Counted from the first letter of the stretch, positions 27,071-41,178 are shown. The stretch is 64,000 bases of DNA from Octopus vulgaris (GCA_951406725.2 OX597835.1:37076001-37140000), one strand, 5' to 3'. A program made the numbers and translations. Notes: generated by a model from the sequence alone, not told the origin.

Positions 27071-28115
27071 AGAATGTTGATCATGGTTTGAAATTGAACA
27101 CGGAATAAAAGGATAACCAAAATAAATATTACCCAAAAGAAAGAGCAACATTGGTGTCAAACCTGCTGGGAATTGAACCTGGGTAAGATAACTAAACTAG
27201 ATTTTGCATAGATGCAACAGTAAAGGTGATGTTGGCACTGATGGGAACTGAAGCCTAGACAGTCATCATCATCATCATCGTTTAACGTCCGTTTTCCATG
27301 CTAGCATGGGTTAGACGGTTTGACCGGGGTCTGGGAAGCCAGGAGGCTGCACCAGGCTTCAGTCTGATCTGGCAGTGTTTCTACAGCTGGATGGCCTTCC
27401 TAACGCCAACCACTCCGTGAGTGTTGTGGGTGCTTTTTACGTGCCAGTCAAGGCGGCGCTGGCATCAGCCACATTTGGATAGTGCTTTTTACGTGCCACC
27501 GGCACAGGTATCACAACTACTATTTCCATTTGATATTTATTTCGATGTTCATGTACTTGACTCAATAAGTCTCCTCAAGCACAGCAGGTTGTTCTGAAAT
27601 CCAAGGTACTTTGAATAGGCTAGGGCTATGCGGAACTGGTGCAGGAAGCAGCCCGGGTCTTTGCAGTCACAGCATATCTCCAGAGATCTCGGTCCTTCAT
27701 CATTGCCTCTGTGAGGCCCACAAAAGAAAGAGAAATGCTGATGTTGACTTGGTTGGGAATTGAACACTGGACAGTGAGGTAACTGAGCTAAATATTACAT
27801 AGAAGAAAGAAAAATACTGATGTTGGCTTGTGTAGGAATTGAACCCTGGACATTTTGGTGACTAAACTAGATACTGCACAGAAGAAAGAAAAATGTTAAT
27901 GTTGGCTCTGGTGGGAGCTGAAGCTTCAACAGAAGTAACCAAGTTAGATATTACATGAAAGAAAAAAAACGTTGATGTGGGCTCTGATGGGAATTGAAAC
28001 CTGGGCAGCGTGATACCTAAATTTGATACTTCACAGAGAAAGAAAAATGTTGGTGTTGGATCTGGTGGGAGTTGAACCTAGGGCAACATGATAACCAAGC
28101 TACATGCCACATAGT
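27071..28115 (-). repeat. ~78-bp tandem array of truncated tRNA-like units (8 units), split by an RTE fragment
   Basis: Units tgatgttggc..ggtgggaattgaaccctgg..aactaga..aagaaagaaaa start near 27071, 27150, 27227, 27739, 27818, 27897, 27972 and 28050. Confidence 0.8.
27263..27722 (-). mobile_element. RTE LINE 3' end (ORF2 tail, 3' UTR, (GAT)n)
   Basis: Minus strand GLTEAMMKDRDLWRYAVTAKT, then UTR ending ggacgttaaacgatgatgat; further UTR copies at 20060-20290, 31035-31262, 33950-34518 and 43773-44040. Confidence 0.85.
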
Positions 28116-28371
28116 CTCTCATCCGTCAGTGTTGACAGAAATATTATGATACAATTCCCCAGGACATGTCTAATTAACACGGAGACATCTTTAATTAGAG
28201 TTGTCTTAATTAATTATTATGTGTTTATTATTTAGTACTCACTCATACCTTCACATACTAACATATATACTTGCATACATATATATGTACACACATATAC
28301 ATACATACACACATATATATATATATATATACGTATCTATATATACGCACATATATATATATATGTATGTA

Positions 28372-28411
<40 letters not shown>

Positions 28412-28607
28412 CATATATATGTACACACACACCCATATACATACATACATGTATATACTTATATGTATGTATGTATATATATATATATAATATATATATA
28501 CCTATGTATGTACATATATACATACATATATAGGTATATATAATATATATACCTATATATGTACATATATATGTATATATATACATGTATGTATATATAT
28601 ATGTATG

Positions 28608-28655
<48 letters not shown>

Positions 28656-28658
28656 CAT

Positions 28659-28693
<35 letters not shown>

Positions 28694-28725
28694 TATGAAT
28701 ATAACTTGTGTGTCTGTGATTATAT

Positions 28726-28756
<31 letters not shown>

Positions 28757-29058
28757 ATGTGTTTGAGAAAAAGAAAGATTTTGTGGAAAATATGTCTGTG
28801 AGAGTGAGAGAAGATGTGTGCATGTGTGTGAAATAGAGAGTGTGTGTGTGTCTGTCTCTGTGTGTCCATGAGTGCATGCATTTGTGTTTGTGAAGTGTCC
28901 TGTCTGCTGAAATGCAACACAAACACTAACACACACAGAGACACAAACACACGCGTACACACACAAGCACACATGCCTGCATACACACACATAATAGAAC
29001 AGTCAGATACATTCTTATAAAACTTCTGTCCCTCTTTAATATAAACATACTCATACGC

Positions 29059-29095
<37 letters not shown>

Positions 29096-30379
29096 CACAT
29101 TTTTGTGCATAAATGTGTGATGAATTGTATGTCTGCAGAATAACAGAAAACCCACATACATACATACATACATACATACATACATACATACATACATACA
29201 TACATACATACATACATACATACATACATGCACACATGTACATAAAAACAGGCACATACACACACACACACACACAAACGTTGACTAGAATTTTTGTTTT
29301 ATTTTATTAGTTAGTCAAGGGGAAGAAGAGAAGAAGGAGGACGAGGAGGAGTAAGAGGGGGAAGCAGTACCCACGACCTTTCCAACTAAATATCAACATA
29401 GACTAATGTCGAAAGTTCTAAGACATTGTTAATTTGATAGCTAAGTATTGGCTACAAAAATACATGCACACACACACAAACACGTTTATGTACGGGGACA
29501 CACAAACACATAAACAGACAGGCGACACACACACACACACACATATATGTATATATATCCTTATTTAAGTACACATATATATTCATAAGAAGGAAACTCA
29601 TATATTAAAGACAGATATATGTGTGCAAGAAAATTTTTCTCTATGATATATGTGAAGCTATACGTAGCATTAAAAAGTGTGTTTACTGATGATGAGCACT
29701 CGGCTTTGGTATGAACATTATTAATGTGTGAGACTTTTTATTAGTTGGTCAGAAGGAGATGAGGAGAGACAGTGGAACCTTGGTGCTGATGGCTTTGACC
29801 TTTGTATGAGTCAATCCAGACTGGTTAATATTGATGTGGTGGTCGGTTGAACTATCTGCAGGTTGACATATAGACATGAGAATTGGTAGAAATGTTAGAG
29901 TGTTGGATAGGAGTATATTTTGTGGTATTTATCATGATGCTGTGAGATTCAGAAGTTCAAATCCTACTGCGATCAACTTTGCTCTTCAAATAGCAATAAC
30001 AGAATGGTGAAATTGCAGAACTGGGAGAATATTGGATCGGATGTTTTGCGGTATTTGTTTTGACTCTTTGTATCATCATGATCATGATCATCACCGTCAG
30101 TCACCACCAATTGTCTCTACCATATCACCACCACCACCACCACCAGCAGAAGCACCATCACCATCAGCACTATCTACCATCACTACCACCAGCACCATCA
30201 CACCACCACCAGTCCATCAGGTTTGAAGTACCATAGATTGAATCTACATAATTCTAAGTCAGGAATTTTGCAGCACCCCTTGTACTTGGAACTAGGTGGG
30301 CTATGTCATCTTTTAGTTACTTACTTAGATCTAATGACTGTGGACTCACCATCACCACCACCACAACCACTGCTGCCCC

Positions 30380-30966
30380 AATGTGGGAGTCCTAGGAAAG
30401 GGAAGAAATGCTATTGCTATTTAGCCCCAGGAAACACTGTCTCCAGTTGGCTATGTGACACAAGCATTCTGTGTCCTTAAGTTTTCAAACAGGGGAGATG
30501 AGCACCTCCACCCAGCAAAGCCAGCAACCAGAGGCTTGTTTCAGAGTCATTGCTCATCATCAGTCTGGAGTAGCATGGCTTGCTAGCTGTCGATGCTTAT
30601 TCACCTTTGCTACATTAAGTTGGCAAAAACCATCACTTCATCGTGCTGCTACTGTATAAGTCTCTCTGAGAGATTTAGAAATGCATTATTTCTAATTTTG
30701 TAGAACAGTGAATTTATTTCACTTGAAATTCTATGTTTTCAAAGCTGAATAAGCACTGACAGCTAGTAAGCCAAGCTACTCCAGACTGATGAAGAGCAAT
30801 GACTCAGAAACTATTCTGTGTGTGCTGGCTTTGCTGGGTGGAGGTGCTTATCTCCCATTTGAAAACTTAAGGACATAGAACGCTTGTGTCACATAGCCAA
30901 CTGGAAACGGTATTTCCTGGAGTTAAATAGCAGTAGCATTCCTCCCTTTCCTGGAACTGCCACATT
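30380..30966. mobile_element. Inverted pair of H1-related hammerhead elements (30380-30603 on -, 30746-30966 on +)
   Basis: Arms align along ~220 bp; hammerhead motifs at 30528-30568(-) and 30781-30821(+); inferred consensus ccaga-CUGAUGA-..gagcaaugacuc.-GAAAC-ua-GUC-ucugg. Confidence 0.8.
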
Positions 30967-30982
30967 AAGTTGGAAACACACC

Positions 30983-31019
<37 letters not shown>

Positions 31020-31274
31020 CATATATATAGATCCAACTGATCGTGGCCACTGCCAGCCTCCCCTGGCACCTGTGCTGGTGGCACGTAAAAAGCACCCACT
31101 CACTCATGGAGTGGTTGGCATTAGGAAGGGCATCCAGCTGTAGAAACATTGCCAGATCAGACTGGAGCCTGGTGCAGCCTTCTGGCTTCCCAGACCCCGG
31201 TCAAACTGTCCAGCCTGTGCTAGCAAGGAAAATGGACGTTAAACGATGACAATGATGATGATATATATATTATA

Positions 31275-31436
31275 GGCACAGGAGTGGCTGTGTGGTAAGT
31301 AGCTTGCTTACCAACCACATGGTTCTGAGTTCAGTCCCACTGCTTGGCACCTTTGGCAAGTGTCTTCTACTATAAACTCAAGCCAACCAAAGCCTTGTGA
31401 GTGGATTTGGTAGATGGAAACTGAAAGAAGCCTGTC

Positions 31437-31468
<32 letters not shown>

Positions 31469-31645
31469 CTCCCCCCCCCCAACATCGCTTGACAACCAAT
31501 GCTGGTGTGTTTACATCCCCATAACTTAGCAGTTTGGCAAAAGAGACCGATAGAATAAGTACTAGGTTTCCAAAGAATAAGTCCTGGGGTCGATTTGTTT
31601 GACTAAAGGCAGTGCTCCAGCATGGCCACAGTTAAATGACTAAAA

Positions 31646-31648
<3 letters not shown>
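31275..31648 (+). mobile_element. SINE A
   Basis: Full head-to-tail match to 19197-19606. Confidence 0.9.
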
Positions 31649-31730
<82 letters not shown>

Positions 31731-32141
31731 TATATATGTAAGTTAGACTCCCTTGATCACAGTATATGGACAGAGACCTTGTGGCAGTAGCCAGCTGGAA
31801 AAGATGTTTTCCTGGGGCTAAAAAGTAGTAAAATTGTCCTGCACAGGACTGCCACGTTGCATTGGCAAATACACTTTACTGTACGGTAGTGTTATTACAT
31901 ATTCCTCACTCAGAGATTTAAAACTAGTTGTTTCACTCACTCTCTCTCTCTCTATATATATTTCTTTACTATCCACAAGGGGCTAAACATAGAGGGGACA
32001 AACAAAGGGATTAAGTTGATTACATCTGAGAGGATGAAAGGCAAAGTCGTCCTTGGCGGAATTTGAACTCAGAACGTAACGACAGACGAAATACCATTAA
32101 GCATTTGGCCCGGCGAGCTAACATTTCTGCCAACTCGCCAC

Positions 32142-32238
<97 letters not shown>

Positions 32239-32431
32239 ATATATATATATGTATATACATGTATATATATATATACATGCATATATATATGTATATATAT
32301 ATATATGTATGTATACATATATGTGTGTACACACATATACATATTTATATACACAAACATATGCATACATATATATAAATATGAATATAAACATATATAG
32401 CCAAGTGTGTGTATATATATATGTACAAATA

Positions 32432-32475
<44 letters not shown>

Positions 32476-32959
32476 TATGCACATTCAAAATTCTTGTCAC
32501 ATTTCCTTCTGTTTGGAATAGTTTCTCTGTCTATATGGCTGACTATAATTTGTCTGGCTTCAATATTGTCAACAGTGCACAACTGTCTGTGTATGTATAG
32601 GCATGTATGTGTGTAAGTATGCATGTGTGTGCATCTCTGTGTCTTATTATTATTATTCATGTAACTTTTGTATCAATCTGTCCACCTATCCATCTGTCTA
32701 TAAATATTTAAAAAAGATACTGCAAAGAATTCTTGATGTAACGACAATATTTGAAGAAAGATTTTCTTAAATCAAAAATTATCAAGCATATAAAACCAAA
32801 ATCTTTAGCTCAACAGAAAGAAACTTTTTAGAAGCAAGTTTTTGTATTGTGTGGTAAGAGGTTTCACTGTTTATAGCTTTTCAAGCACACATGTTATAGG
32901 ATAATCCAAATAGAAGTTTTTTCTGTAGCAGTGCTGAGTATATCTAGTTTACCAGGAAT

Positions 32960-33600
32960 TCTCAGAATTCTCATGAAGTATTCTTTTTTTGCCTTTTATT
33001 ATTGATCACTTTATTCCTTTATTTTGAAAGAAAGGAAATATTTTCAATCTTCCATTTGCACAAATGTCTTCGTGTTCACCACGTGAAATATTTCTAAGTG
33101 AAGATTCTTTGATTTGTAGTTTATGTACCCTGACCCAATCTATCAAATTTTTTTCTTATTTCTTTATTGCCCACAAGAGGCTAAACATAGAGCGGACAAA
33201 CAAGAACAGACAAAGGGACTAAGTCGATTACATCGACCCCAGTGTGTAACTGGTACTTAATTTATTGACCCCGAAAGGATGACAGGCAAAGTTGACCTCG
33301 GTGGAATTTGAACTCAGAACGTAACGGCAGATGAAATACCGCTCAGCATTTCGCCTGGCGTGCTGACGTTTCTGCCAGCTTGCTGCCTTATTTGAACTCA
33401 GAATGTAATGGCAGATGAAATACCGATAAGCATTTCGCCCGGCGTGCTGAATTTTGAATATATTAAATTTTATTCTGTTTGGCCTACATAATTCTCATTG
33501 CATAGTGGACATGTGATGCAATAAATTACTCTGTAATTCATATTTGCATTAATGATCAATTCCTTCCCAATCTTGAATATTTTTAGTTTTTCTCTGTTCA
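32960..33600 (-). pseudogene. Penelope-like element GIY-YIG endonuclease remnant, interrupted by SINE D (33157-33447)
   Basis: VIYCITCPLCNENYVGQT before the SINE; VRVHKLQIKESSLRNISRGEHEDICANGRLKIFPFFQ after it. Confidence 0.8.
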
Positions 33601-33625
33601 ATAATTTCACTAAGATGTGTGTGTG

Positions 33626-33669
<44 letters not shown>

Positions 33670-33670
<1 letters not shown>

Positions 33671-33875
33671 AGTTAATCCAAACATGAACGAAGAGAAAAC
33701 ACAATAACGCAAGGACGTGGAACAAATATAGTGTTATTGGATGTTCAGAAAAGGAAAGAAAGAAAGAGGATTTAATGTTTCGAGCAGAGCTCTTTGTCAG
33801 AAACATAGAAAAAGGTCCAAGAAAGGAAGACAGAGAAAGAAAATCGCCAACGATACACACGCGGCACATATTGAA
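33670..33875 (-). mobile_element. Family H4 repeat with decayed hammerhead at 33770-33804
   Basis: guuu-CUGACAA-a-gagc-ucu-gcuc-GAAAC-AUU-aaau; its defects complement those of the 13164 copy. Confidence 0.65.
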
Positions 33876-34516
33876 AATAAATAAATAAATATATATATAT
33901 ATATTATTCATCTTTCTCTCTAACCCTATCTTTCTATTTTTCCTCTTTTTTTCCCAAATGGAGTAACCATGTAACTCCTTTATACCATGATGCCCGTCTC
34001 TAACCCCTATTATACTTTAACCTCCCAACTGGTACAAACCCACCGCTTTCAATACCACACTGTTGAGAGGGTCTTTGTCTTGCAAGTTACTTGGTGACCC
34101 TGCCAATGCTGGTGCTATGTAAAAAGCACCAGTGCTGGTGTCGCATGAAAAGTACACTCTGTAGAGTGGTTGACATAAGGAAGGGCATTAGGAATGTAGA
34201 AAGAGACCATACCGAAACAGGCAATGGATCCTAATGCAGTCCTTTGGCTTGCCAGCTCCTGCCAAACTGTCCAACCCATGTCAGCATAGAAAACAAGGTT
34301 ACATGGTAATGATGATGATTATGATGATATACATAAATACATACATGTATACATACATAAGTCTTTTGTTTTAGGAAGGGCATCCAGCCATAGAAACGAT
34401 GCCAAATCAGACTGGAGTCTGGTGCAGTCCCACTGGCTTGCTAGCTTTGATCACACCATCCAAGCCATGCCAATATGGACGACAGATGTTAAATGGTGAT
34501 GATGATGATGATGATG

Positions 34517-34592
<76 letters not shown>

Positions 34593-35334
34593 TATATATA
34601 CAAATAGGTGTATGTACACATGGACACACACACTTGTACATAGAGAAAGAAAGAGAAAGAGAGAGAAGAGGAAAAGGAAAGAGTGAGAGGGGGGACTGAC
34701 ATATAGAAAGTGGCATGTGTAAAAGGAAAGGTGTTAGTTTTGTGTGTTTGTGTTTTGTGTGTGTATGTGGGTGTGTACATTTGTCAGGTGCTCTCTAATC
34801 AACCAACAGTGATGTATACAAGAGAATGTTCACCCTTAACACCCGAGGGTACTGAAGATCAATGAGGTGTGTCAAAGTTTGGTAACTTGTCTTTTAGTAA
34901 TCTACTGATAATCAATACTGGCTGGAACAGACACTTACACATACACACAAACGCACACAGACAGACATACTCTCTTTTACATACCTGTACACATGCATAA
35001 CATTGTCCTTACACATTCACACACGAATACACACACAAACATATATTGTACTTACACACACACACACACAAATGCACATATAGATACATGCAGCCATACA
35101 CATGTACAAATACACAATCATGTACATATATATATACACACACATATAATGTCCTTATACAATGACGCATACACGCAAACATATATTGCTCACATACATA
35201 CAGACCACACACACACACACACATAGTACCTGAGGCTGGGTTTCTTCTCCATTGAACACCAATGTTCCATGTGAAGGGTTGATAGGGACTTTCCTTAGCA
35301 TGAAACCAATGTTAGACTTAACCCATAAATAAAA

Positions 35335-35409
<75 letters not shown>

Positions 35410-35476
35410 GAGAATTTTTTGCATAATAAGATAAAAAACCAAAGCTGTGTAGATATTAGAGCAATTATAGATAGAA

Positions 35477-35530
35477 CGTCTTACAGCTGTTTCCAGGATA
35501 TTTATTAATTATATCCATTCATCAGAGACG
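35477..35530 (-). ncRNA. Minimal hammerhead ribozyme (family H2) with intact core
   Basis: cgucu-CUGAUGA-auggauau-aauuaauaa-auauccug-GAAAC-agcu-GUA-agacg: perfect 5-bp helix I, 6-bp helix II, palindrome ACAGCUGU. Confidence 0.8.
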
Positions 35531-35569
35531 GTGTGAGAGGATGATTAAGTCATAGTTAGTTTAGATGTG

Positions 35570-35636
35570 ATTTAGGAATTGAAATCACGTCTAGTGATTG
35601 TGAGGACGACATCCTAACCACTAGGCCACGTTCCCT
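35570..35636 (-). promoter_or_regulatory. tRNA-like Pol III head (A and B boxes) just upstream of the hammerhead
   Basis: gaacgTGGCCTAGTGGttaggatg..gtgATTTCAATTCC. Confidence 0.55.
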
Positions 35637-35658
35637 GTTCCCTCATTGATATATATAA

Positions 35659-36063
35659 GTGCAGGAGTGGCTGTGTGGTAAGTAGCTTGCTAACCAACCA
35701 CATGGTTCCGGGTTCAGTCCCACTGCGTGGCACCTTGGGCAAGTGTCTTCTGCTATAGTCCCGTTCCAACCAATGCCTTGTGAGTGGATTTGGTAGACGG
35801 AAACTGAAAGAAGCCCATCGTATATATGTATATATATGTGTGTGTGTGTATGTTTGTGTGTCTGTGTTTGTCCCCCTAGCATTGCTTGACAACCGATGCT
35901 GGTGTGTTTACATCCCCGTTACTTAGTGGTTCGGCAAAAGAGACCGATAGAATAAGTACTGGGCTTACAAAAGAATAAGTCCCGGGGTCGAGTTGCTCGA
36001 TTAAAGGCGGTGCTCCAGGATGGCCGCAGTCAAATGACTGAAACAAGTAAAAGAGTAAAAGAG
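35659..36063 (+). mobile_element. SINE A
   Basis: Full match; other copies at 40720-41056(-), 44585-44963, 50150-50519(-), 59700-60118(-), 61656-62062 and 63495-63845(-). Confidence 0.92.
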
Positions 36064-36465
36064 TATATACACACATCTGTAACCATATATATATATGTGT
36101 GTGTGTGTATGTATCTCTAGTGGAAGCACATGGGCTAGTGGTTAGAGCATATATATGTATGTATGTGTGTGTGTGTGTAACCATATGTTGGGATTCTGGT
36201 GTAGAAGGACAAGGATTAAATACTTCTTCCAGTTTCTGTCTACCAAATCCACCCACAAGGCTTTGGCTGGCTCAAGCCTATAGGAGAAGGCACTTACCCA
36301 AAGTGCCATGCAGAGGGACTGAACCTGGAATCATGTGGTTTGGGAGTAAACTTCTTGCTGTCCAGCCGTGCCCATATTTAATCAGAGACAGAAATGGTAT
36401 GCAAAACAGTGGGCTCATGGAAAGCAGTTATTCAAGTGATTATCTTTGTGGTATGGGTTTCATTG

Positions 36466-36722
36466 TGGAGATGCATGGTTCAGTGGTTAAGGTGTTGGAC
36501 TCATGATCTTAAGACTGTGGTTTCGATTCCTGGACCAGGCTATACATTGTGTTTTTGAGCAAAACACTTCATTTCAAGTTGCTCCAGTCCACTCAGCTGG
36601 CAAAAATGAGTAATCCTGCAATGGACTGACGTCCCATCCAGGTGGGGGATATACAAGCGATGGAAACCGAGAAACCGGCCGTTGTGAGTCAGTATGACTC
36701 AAGAAGGTAACTTCACCTTAGC
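36466..36722 (+). mobile_element. SINE C
   Basis: gatgcatggttcagtggttaaggtgttggactcatgatc..gtttcgattcc..tail aaggtaacttcacctt. Confidence 0.88.
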
Positions 36723-36789
36723 TTCTACCTTTGGGTTTGCTTGGTCAGAGCTGAACTTGGACAACAACGATGACAATGATGACCTTGAG

Positions 36790-37610
36790 GATGGTAATGA
36801 TGGCAGGGGTGGAGGAAGTAATGGTGGAGGTAACAGTGATAGTGGAGGTAGTGATGATGGAGGCAGTGATGGTGGAGGCAGTGATGGTGGAGGCAGTGAT
36901 GATGGAGGCAGTGATGGTGGAGGCAGTGATGGTGGAGGAAGTGATGGTGGAGGCAGTGATGGTGGAGGCAGTGATGGTGGAGGCAGTGATGGTGGAGGCA
37001 GTGATGGTGGAGGCAGTGATGGTGGAGACAGTGATGGTGGAGGCAGCAGTGATGGTGGAGGCAGTGATGGTGGAGGTAGCAGTGATAGTGGAAGTAGTGA
37101 TGGTGGAGGTAGCAGTGATGGTGGAGGCAGCAGTGATGGTGGAGGCAGTGGTGGAGGTAGCAGTGATAGTGGAGGTAGTGATGGTGGAGGTAGCAGTGAT
37201 AGTGAAGGCAGTGGTGGTGGAGGCAGTGATGGTGGAGGCAGTGATGGTGGAGGTAGCAGTGATGGTGGAAGTAGCAGTGATGGTGGAGGTAGCAGTGATG
37301 GTGGAGGCTGCAGTGATGGTGGAGGCAGCAGTGATGGTAGAGGCAGCAGTGACGGTGGAGGCAGTGATGGTGGAGGTATCAGTGATGGTAGAGGTAGCAG
37401 TGACGGTGGAGGTCGTAGTGATGGTGGAGGCAGTGATGGTGGAGGCAGCAGTGATGGTGGAGGTAGCAATGATGGTGGAGGTGGCAGTGATGGTGGAGGC
37501 AGCAGTGATGGTGGAGGCAGTGATGGCAGAGGCAGCAGTGATGGTGGAGGTAGCAGTGATGGTGGAGGCAGTGATGGTGGAGGCAATGATGGCGGAGGCA
37601 GCAGTGATGA
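36790..37610. repeat. 15/18-bp minisatellite (GATGGTGGAGGCAGT with or without AGC)
   Basis: Direct reading; open in several frames on both strands. Confidence 0.95.
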
Positions 37611-38206
37611 CTAGGTTGGCGATGCTGACAATACCTGTAGTGTTAAAAGATGTCCCATGGCAATGGCAGTATTTAAACATAAACACAATGGCAAATACTG
37701 GCTCACTTGTGGGACACCTGGATAGCTCTGCTCTTTGCGTAAGTGTGTGAGTGAGTGTTTGTGTGTGTGTGTGCATGTGTGTACTTTTTCATCTGCATAT
37801 GTATATGTGTCATTCAACATTTAGACTTTAGTGTATGGGCATATATGAGCTTATCTATACAGGTGTGTGTATGTGCATGTGTATGTATGTCATTATATTT
37901 GTGTGTGTGTGTATGCGTCTTTTCAGTAATGTGTATGTGTGTCTGTATCTTTCGTCTTGTATGTGTATGTGTTATCATTTGTGTGTTTGGGGAAAAGACA
38001 GATATAAATAGAGACAGAGAAAAAGAAAGAAAGGAATATCTATCGATCTGTCTGTCTGTCTATTTATATACACACATATTCACACATACAAAAAGAAAAA
38101 AACTTCATACATACATACATATATATTCATATGTAGATGTATATGTATGCATATATATACATACACATATATATACATACATATACATACATACATATAC
38201 ATACAT

Positions 38207-38250
<44 letters not shown>

Positions 38251-38514
38251 ATATATATATATATATACATATATATATACACACACATATATATACACAC
38301 ACATATATATACACACACATATATATACATACATACATATATACACACATACATATACACACACACACATATATATATATATACATACACATACATATAT
38401 ACACACACACATATATATATATACATACACATATATATATACATACACACACATATATACACATTCATACATATGTACATACATACGTACATATATATCT
38501 ACACATGTACATAT

Positions 38515-38569
<55 letters not shown>

Positions 38570-38841
38570 CATATATATACATATATACATATACATCTAT
38601 ACATACACATATATATAGAGAAAGAGAGAGTTGGAGTGAGAGAGAGGGTGAGAGGGAGAGAGAAAAAAGATATTTTGTTTCCATATCTCATCTTCCAAAA
38701 TACAAAACATTCCTCAAAGATGATATTTTGAAACATTTCCTGGAGAAAACCTAAAAATATTTTGTAATTTGGAAAGGTTTCGGAATAAGAACTTTCCCAA
38801 TGGGAATGAAACTTTCAACAACCTTCCATGGCAAATTCCGC

Positions 38842-38879
<38 letters not shown>

Positions 38880-39073
38880 ATGGATATGGGAATAAATTAT
38901 ACATACGGTGTATAATTGCATATCTAAGAGTATAGAATGTCGTATTTATTTAGCCCCGTGTGTGCATGCGTGTGTGAGTGTGAATGCGCAGTGCTTGCCT
39001 ATAATACACACACACATACGCACGCACTCTCTCTCTCACACGCACATATGTATATATTTGCAGATGCTAAATG

Positions 39074-39114
<41 letters not shown>

Positions 39115-39197
39115 GTATATATATATATGTGTGTGTGTGTGTATATATATGTATATATATATATGTATATATGTATATATATATGTATATATATATG

Positions 39198-39230
<33 letters not shown>

Positions 39231-39233
39231 GTG

Positions 39234-39264
<31 letters not shown>

Positions 39265-39275
39265 ATATATATATG

Positions 39276-39350
<75 letters not shown>

Positions 39351-39358
39351 GCATACAT

Positions 39359-40070
39359 ACAGGGTGCGATGGGTAAATTGTCACTATTTCATATTTTCAA
39401 TTTTGTACATGTGAATTGTTTGTTTTTGATTTTGTCAACAATACAGTATAGTAGGGTCAGCTGGGCACTGTCTGTGAGTAAAACAGTACCATAACGTAAT
39501 TCACTCTGCCAGAAATTTGGAAATGGCATGTTGTATCGCCTGGCATTTGCACTGGATGCTCCAGTATGAACATCTCAGAGAGTTTGGGTGTCAATGTGAG
39601 GAGATGTACTGAGAGTGATAAAAATCAAATATCCAATCAACATCATGGTGTTTGGAGTGCTCATTAGTGATGGCTTCCATTCATCTTCCCAAACCACGTC
39701 ATACTCAACACAGATGCCTACATCATGTGCCTGGAGGAAGTAGTGCTGCCCTGGGTCAAGAGAGTGACTGCTGGAACACCATATGTTTTGCTCAGGACTC
39801 TGCACCATGCCACAGAAGCAGGAGAACCCAGTCATGGGTGTCAGACAATTTCTGTGACCAAATCACCCCCAACATCTGACCACCTAACTCCTCAGATTGC
39901 GACCCCCTTGATTATTATGTCTGGTGTGCAATTGAGAGACCAACAAAACTCCTTGCAACACCAAACATGAACTGAAGGCAAGGATTATGGCAGCATTCAC
40001 CAACTTAAACAAGGAGACCGTCCAGACGATTTGCAGGAAATTCCAAACTCATCTGGTGGCCGTGGTTAAG
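39359..40070 (+). mobile_element. maT-like (DD37D) transposon relic
   Basis: TA|CAGGGTG left end; IMVFGV; AQDSAPCH followed by 37 aa to D in (W)PPNSSDCDPLDYYVW. Confidence 0.85.
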
Positions 40071-41117
40071 AGAGGGAGAGAGAGAGACAGAGAGAGGGGG
40101 GGGGATGATGGTGGAGGTGATGGTGAAAAGTAATTTTTTAAATTGAACTAAGTTTTTTTATATAACCTACAAAATGAAATATGTATTAGCTCTGACCCAT
40201 CACCAAAGATGTGGTTTTCAGACTATGCCATGTGGCATTAAAATTTGATCCCTGTGAAATTGTGACCCTCATATTTTACATATAAAATAATTTTTTTTTA
40301 GTGTAAAAGTTTTATTTTCTAGATATAAAATTGTGACCATGTAAATTTTAAAATGCAATTTTTTCTGTTTATGGAGAAAATGGAAAACACAAGTGAATAT
40401 TTATTTTATGAGTGCTGTGTATTAAGTCTGTAAAATTATGCATAAAGTATATAAAGTGTATATATAAAGTATATAAAGTGTATATATAAAGTGCATGAAG
40501 TAATCATCATATTCCAGTTTCCTTCACTTTTCAATGATTAGCAGATGAGCTACTATCTTTTGATACAGATACAGCAAAACTTTTATGCTTAGAAAATCTA
40601 TAAATCATAAATAAAATAACCAAGCTTAATGTTTTCAGGAATAATCCAGTAGGTTTACCATTAATTCTGTGAAATATTCAGGGTCCTGCTAGTACATATG
40701 ACTCTTTTTTTTTTTTTTTCTCTTTTACTTGTTTCAGTCATTTGACTGTGGCCATGCTGGAGCACCGCATTTAATCGAGCAACTCGACCCCGGGACTTAT
40801 TCTTTTGTAAGCCCAGTACTTATTCTATCGGTCTCTTTTGCCGAACCACTAAGTGACGGCGACGTAAACACACCAGCATCGGTTGTCAAGCAATGCTAGG
40901 GGGACAAACACAGACACACTAACACACACACGCATATATATATATGGTTGGTCCGAGGCTATAGTAGAAGACACTTGCCCAAGGTGCCACGGAGTGGGAT
41001 TGAACCCGGGACCATGTGGTTGGTAAACAAGCTACTTACCACTCAGCCACTCCTGACTGTTTAATATACACCAATAAGTAAGCATATATGTACATCTATT
41101 AACCTGTCTATTACTCA

Positions 41118-41178
<61 letters not shown>

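Noticed and set aside
36694-37776. 300+ aa Gly/Ser-, Pro/Leu- or Thr/Ala-rich ORFs
   Set aside because: A minisatellite with unit lengths divisible by 3 is open in four frames; the + ORF starts inside a SINE tail
37755-39494. Numerous YI/HT/CV-repeat ORFs here and throughout the window
   Set aside because: Dinucleotide microsatellite artefacts
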